Below are positions 25,704 to 25,704 of a DNA stretch of 25,704 bases, piece after piece; the first letter of the stretch is position 1, and the number at the start of each line of letters is the position of its first letter. Under the pieces are notes generated by a model. That model did no database searches. It had not been told where the DNA came from and saw only the letters and a program-made list of their open reading frames with translations. The stretch covers positions 1-25,704 of IMG/VR virus record IMGVR_UViG_3300017965_000011; one strand, written 5' to 3'. The DNA is from a virus. Taxonomy: Duplodnaviria; Caudoviricetes. A program made the position numbers and the translations under genes.

Positions 25704-25704
25704 A
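21996..25704 (+). CDS. Very long modular tail fibre/adhesin-like protein, runs off the window (over 1200 aa)
   Basis: ATG 21996 (AGGT upstream), MPLTRVQFVTHEE...; I found no in-frame stop to the window end (...FEVDDFFATAATATAEAFG). Alternates beta-sandwich domains with paired (G/A/S)I.S.E(A/G)FG linkers. Absent from the ORF track because it lacks a stop. Confidence 0.88.
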   Translation, partial: MPLTRVQFVTHEEAVSLVANTTTISAPAVGSLIVAAIGGDKNLGADLAVPSGFTRVGSPYIGASTTRDLAWKISDGTETNIVWAYGGAGQTGNNSLMAVAVYTGNAASPFDVAAANDSANANVSSLATGTTGATAQADELAFAIATIDSTGGGKTPSWDSGFTRIGTDFYGSNAGLTIAEKDLSSTGAVSATVTLAAGSDQMAAAVVTFKASLTQTISGAGGIASAEALGTTAVANVLSILNPSAIASAEAFGTAVFSTAITLLQDGFDRTTTSPVVGTPDVGPAWVDAILDTGDTGACNGSVFVHTASSNDSYCYADNPVDGVEDLLFAVSSDKLASGGNPHIEMVVHAVGAQSLRADFRIRNTDQLISAQALHWNGSSDISVTSITVSSVTHTIGVKHWFRVQAVREYSGGVATGVRIRARVWNDGDTEPGTWLIDAVDTTPALLFPSEMIDVSTRLGSGTNNAPVVFTWHSVAATKTTQVISASGIASTEAFGTAKLNQIIAPPSIDSGEGFGTPTFAATTIARDAFNRVEAAGSIGNADVGGAWTPYTYVEPSTALRVNGTAFEFTHMVVNDGGGGATLPIATRDMEINLRFRRDKIASSTTQYFYLLLRDDGAGHRYLVTIRYRNNGTLTLEVGGTSSVATADITAREGAPEPNVWVLVRARISGANNTVLRVKAWKETHSEPAGWDIDVTDTGDVGPQVAGSFAFEFYKGANTVPVISELDDLVISSIPDRFITSVGAITSQEAFGTPATSGTGTVVIDADTVGIESAEAFGTPSLAGSGLGTSDLGGAYSVYTATGSLPPDVVPPDFGGVSAKSESNNANLTVTLPAGLVAGDLMVACVYFRNRTGSISTPAGWTLLTPPGAGIHATGPLQAGVYTRFWQSGDAAPVFVPSGGSAGDTLLGQIFIARGANATPITVATAWFQGTTATNSDLPVPVGGSLTAEAGSMVVLLGIVPDDYTAPDSVDTLTGNGLTWNEISEVNTTLGLDGSFVWDYAQIGGAAVPISDKTFASTARASGGSNSPYLSIGFVIRPAITLAPSIGADYSTDGSVARVRHSLPDQSHFAALMSATGQDVHVQVWQRFPGAPSSGFSHAGVLARVVDIAGTYYVGQFSIDSSGNCFLIVGYHSGGVATTLSAIVIPDLEFNPASRYLIELETVGTNPTSIRARATEEGAVAGSWLIQLVDSAAALQVSGGAVGWANSAGNYPSYPVYFEVDDFFATAATATAEAFG

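Noticed and set aside
21996-25704. Diversity-generating retroelement target or invertible shufflon in the fibre
   Set aside because: I saw no near-identical template/variable repeat pair, reverse transcriptase, recombinase or inverted crossover sites. The linker repeats are conserved mainly at the protein level.

Overview
All real genes lie on the + strand and form the virion morphogenesis region of a high-GC tailed phage or prophage with siphovirus-type organisation (tail tube, long tape measure, no sheath gene seen). Order: partial PST-repeat ORF, small Cys/His ORF, papain-like (C1) cysteine peptidase, two hypotheticals, terminase large subunit, an inserted lysis-like cassette with its own promoter (C39-like peptidase, an unannotated 49-aa acidic peptide, holin-like protein) bracketed by two hairpins, Mu gp29/DUF935-like portal with a C-terminal HTH-like extension, Mu gpI-like protease/scaffold, capsid cement/head fibre, major capsid protein, head-tail connectors, tail tube, tail chaperones with a -1 frameshift, tape measure, distal tail genes, a beta-helix tailspike-like protein, and a very long modular fibre ORF (21996 to beyond the window end, missing from the ORF track). 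The most striking observation is that one beta-sandwich domain and one linker repeat appear split between two genes. The tailspike's last residues look like the missing first strand of a domain whose remainder lies 2.3 kb downstream in the fibre gene, suggesting trans strand complementation or a nested insertion. Also notable are a promoter-containing hairpin that would hide the protease RBS on read-through mRNA, and anti-Shine-Dalgarno-loop hairpins around the lysis cassette. The host cannot be determined from sequence alone (high-GC; Actinomycetota or Chloroflexota are guesses). All family assignments come from motif recognition and synteny, not database searches.
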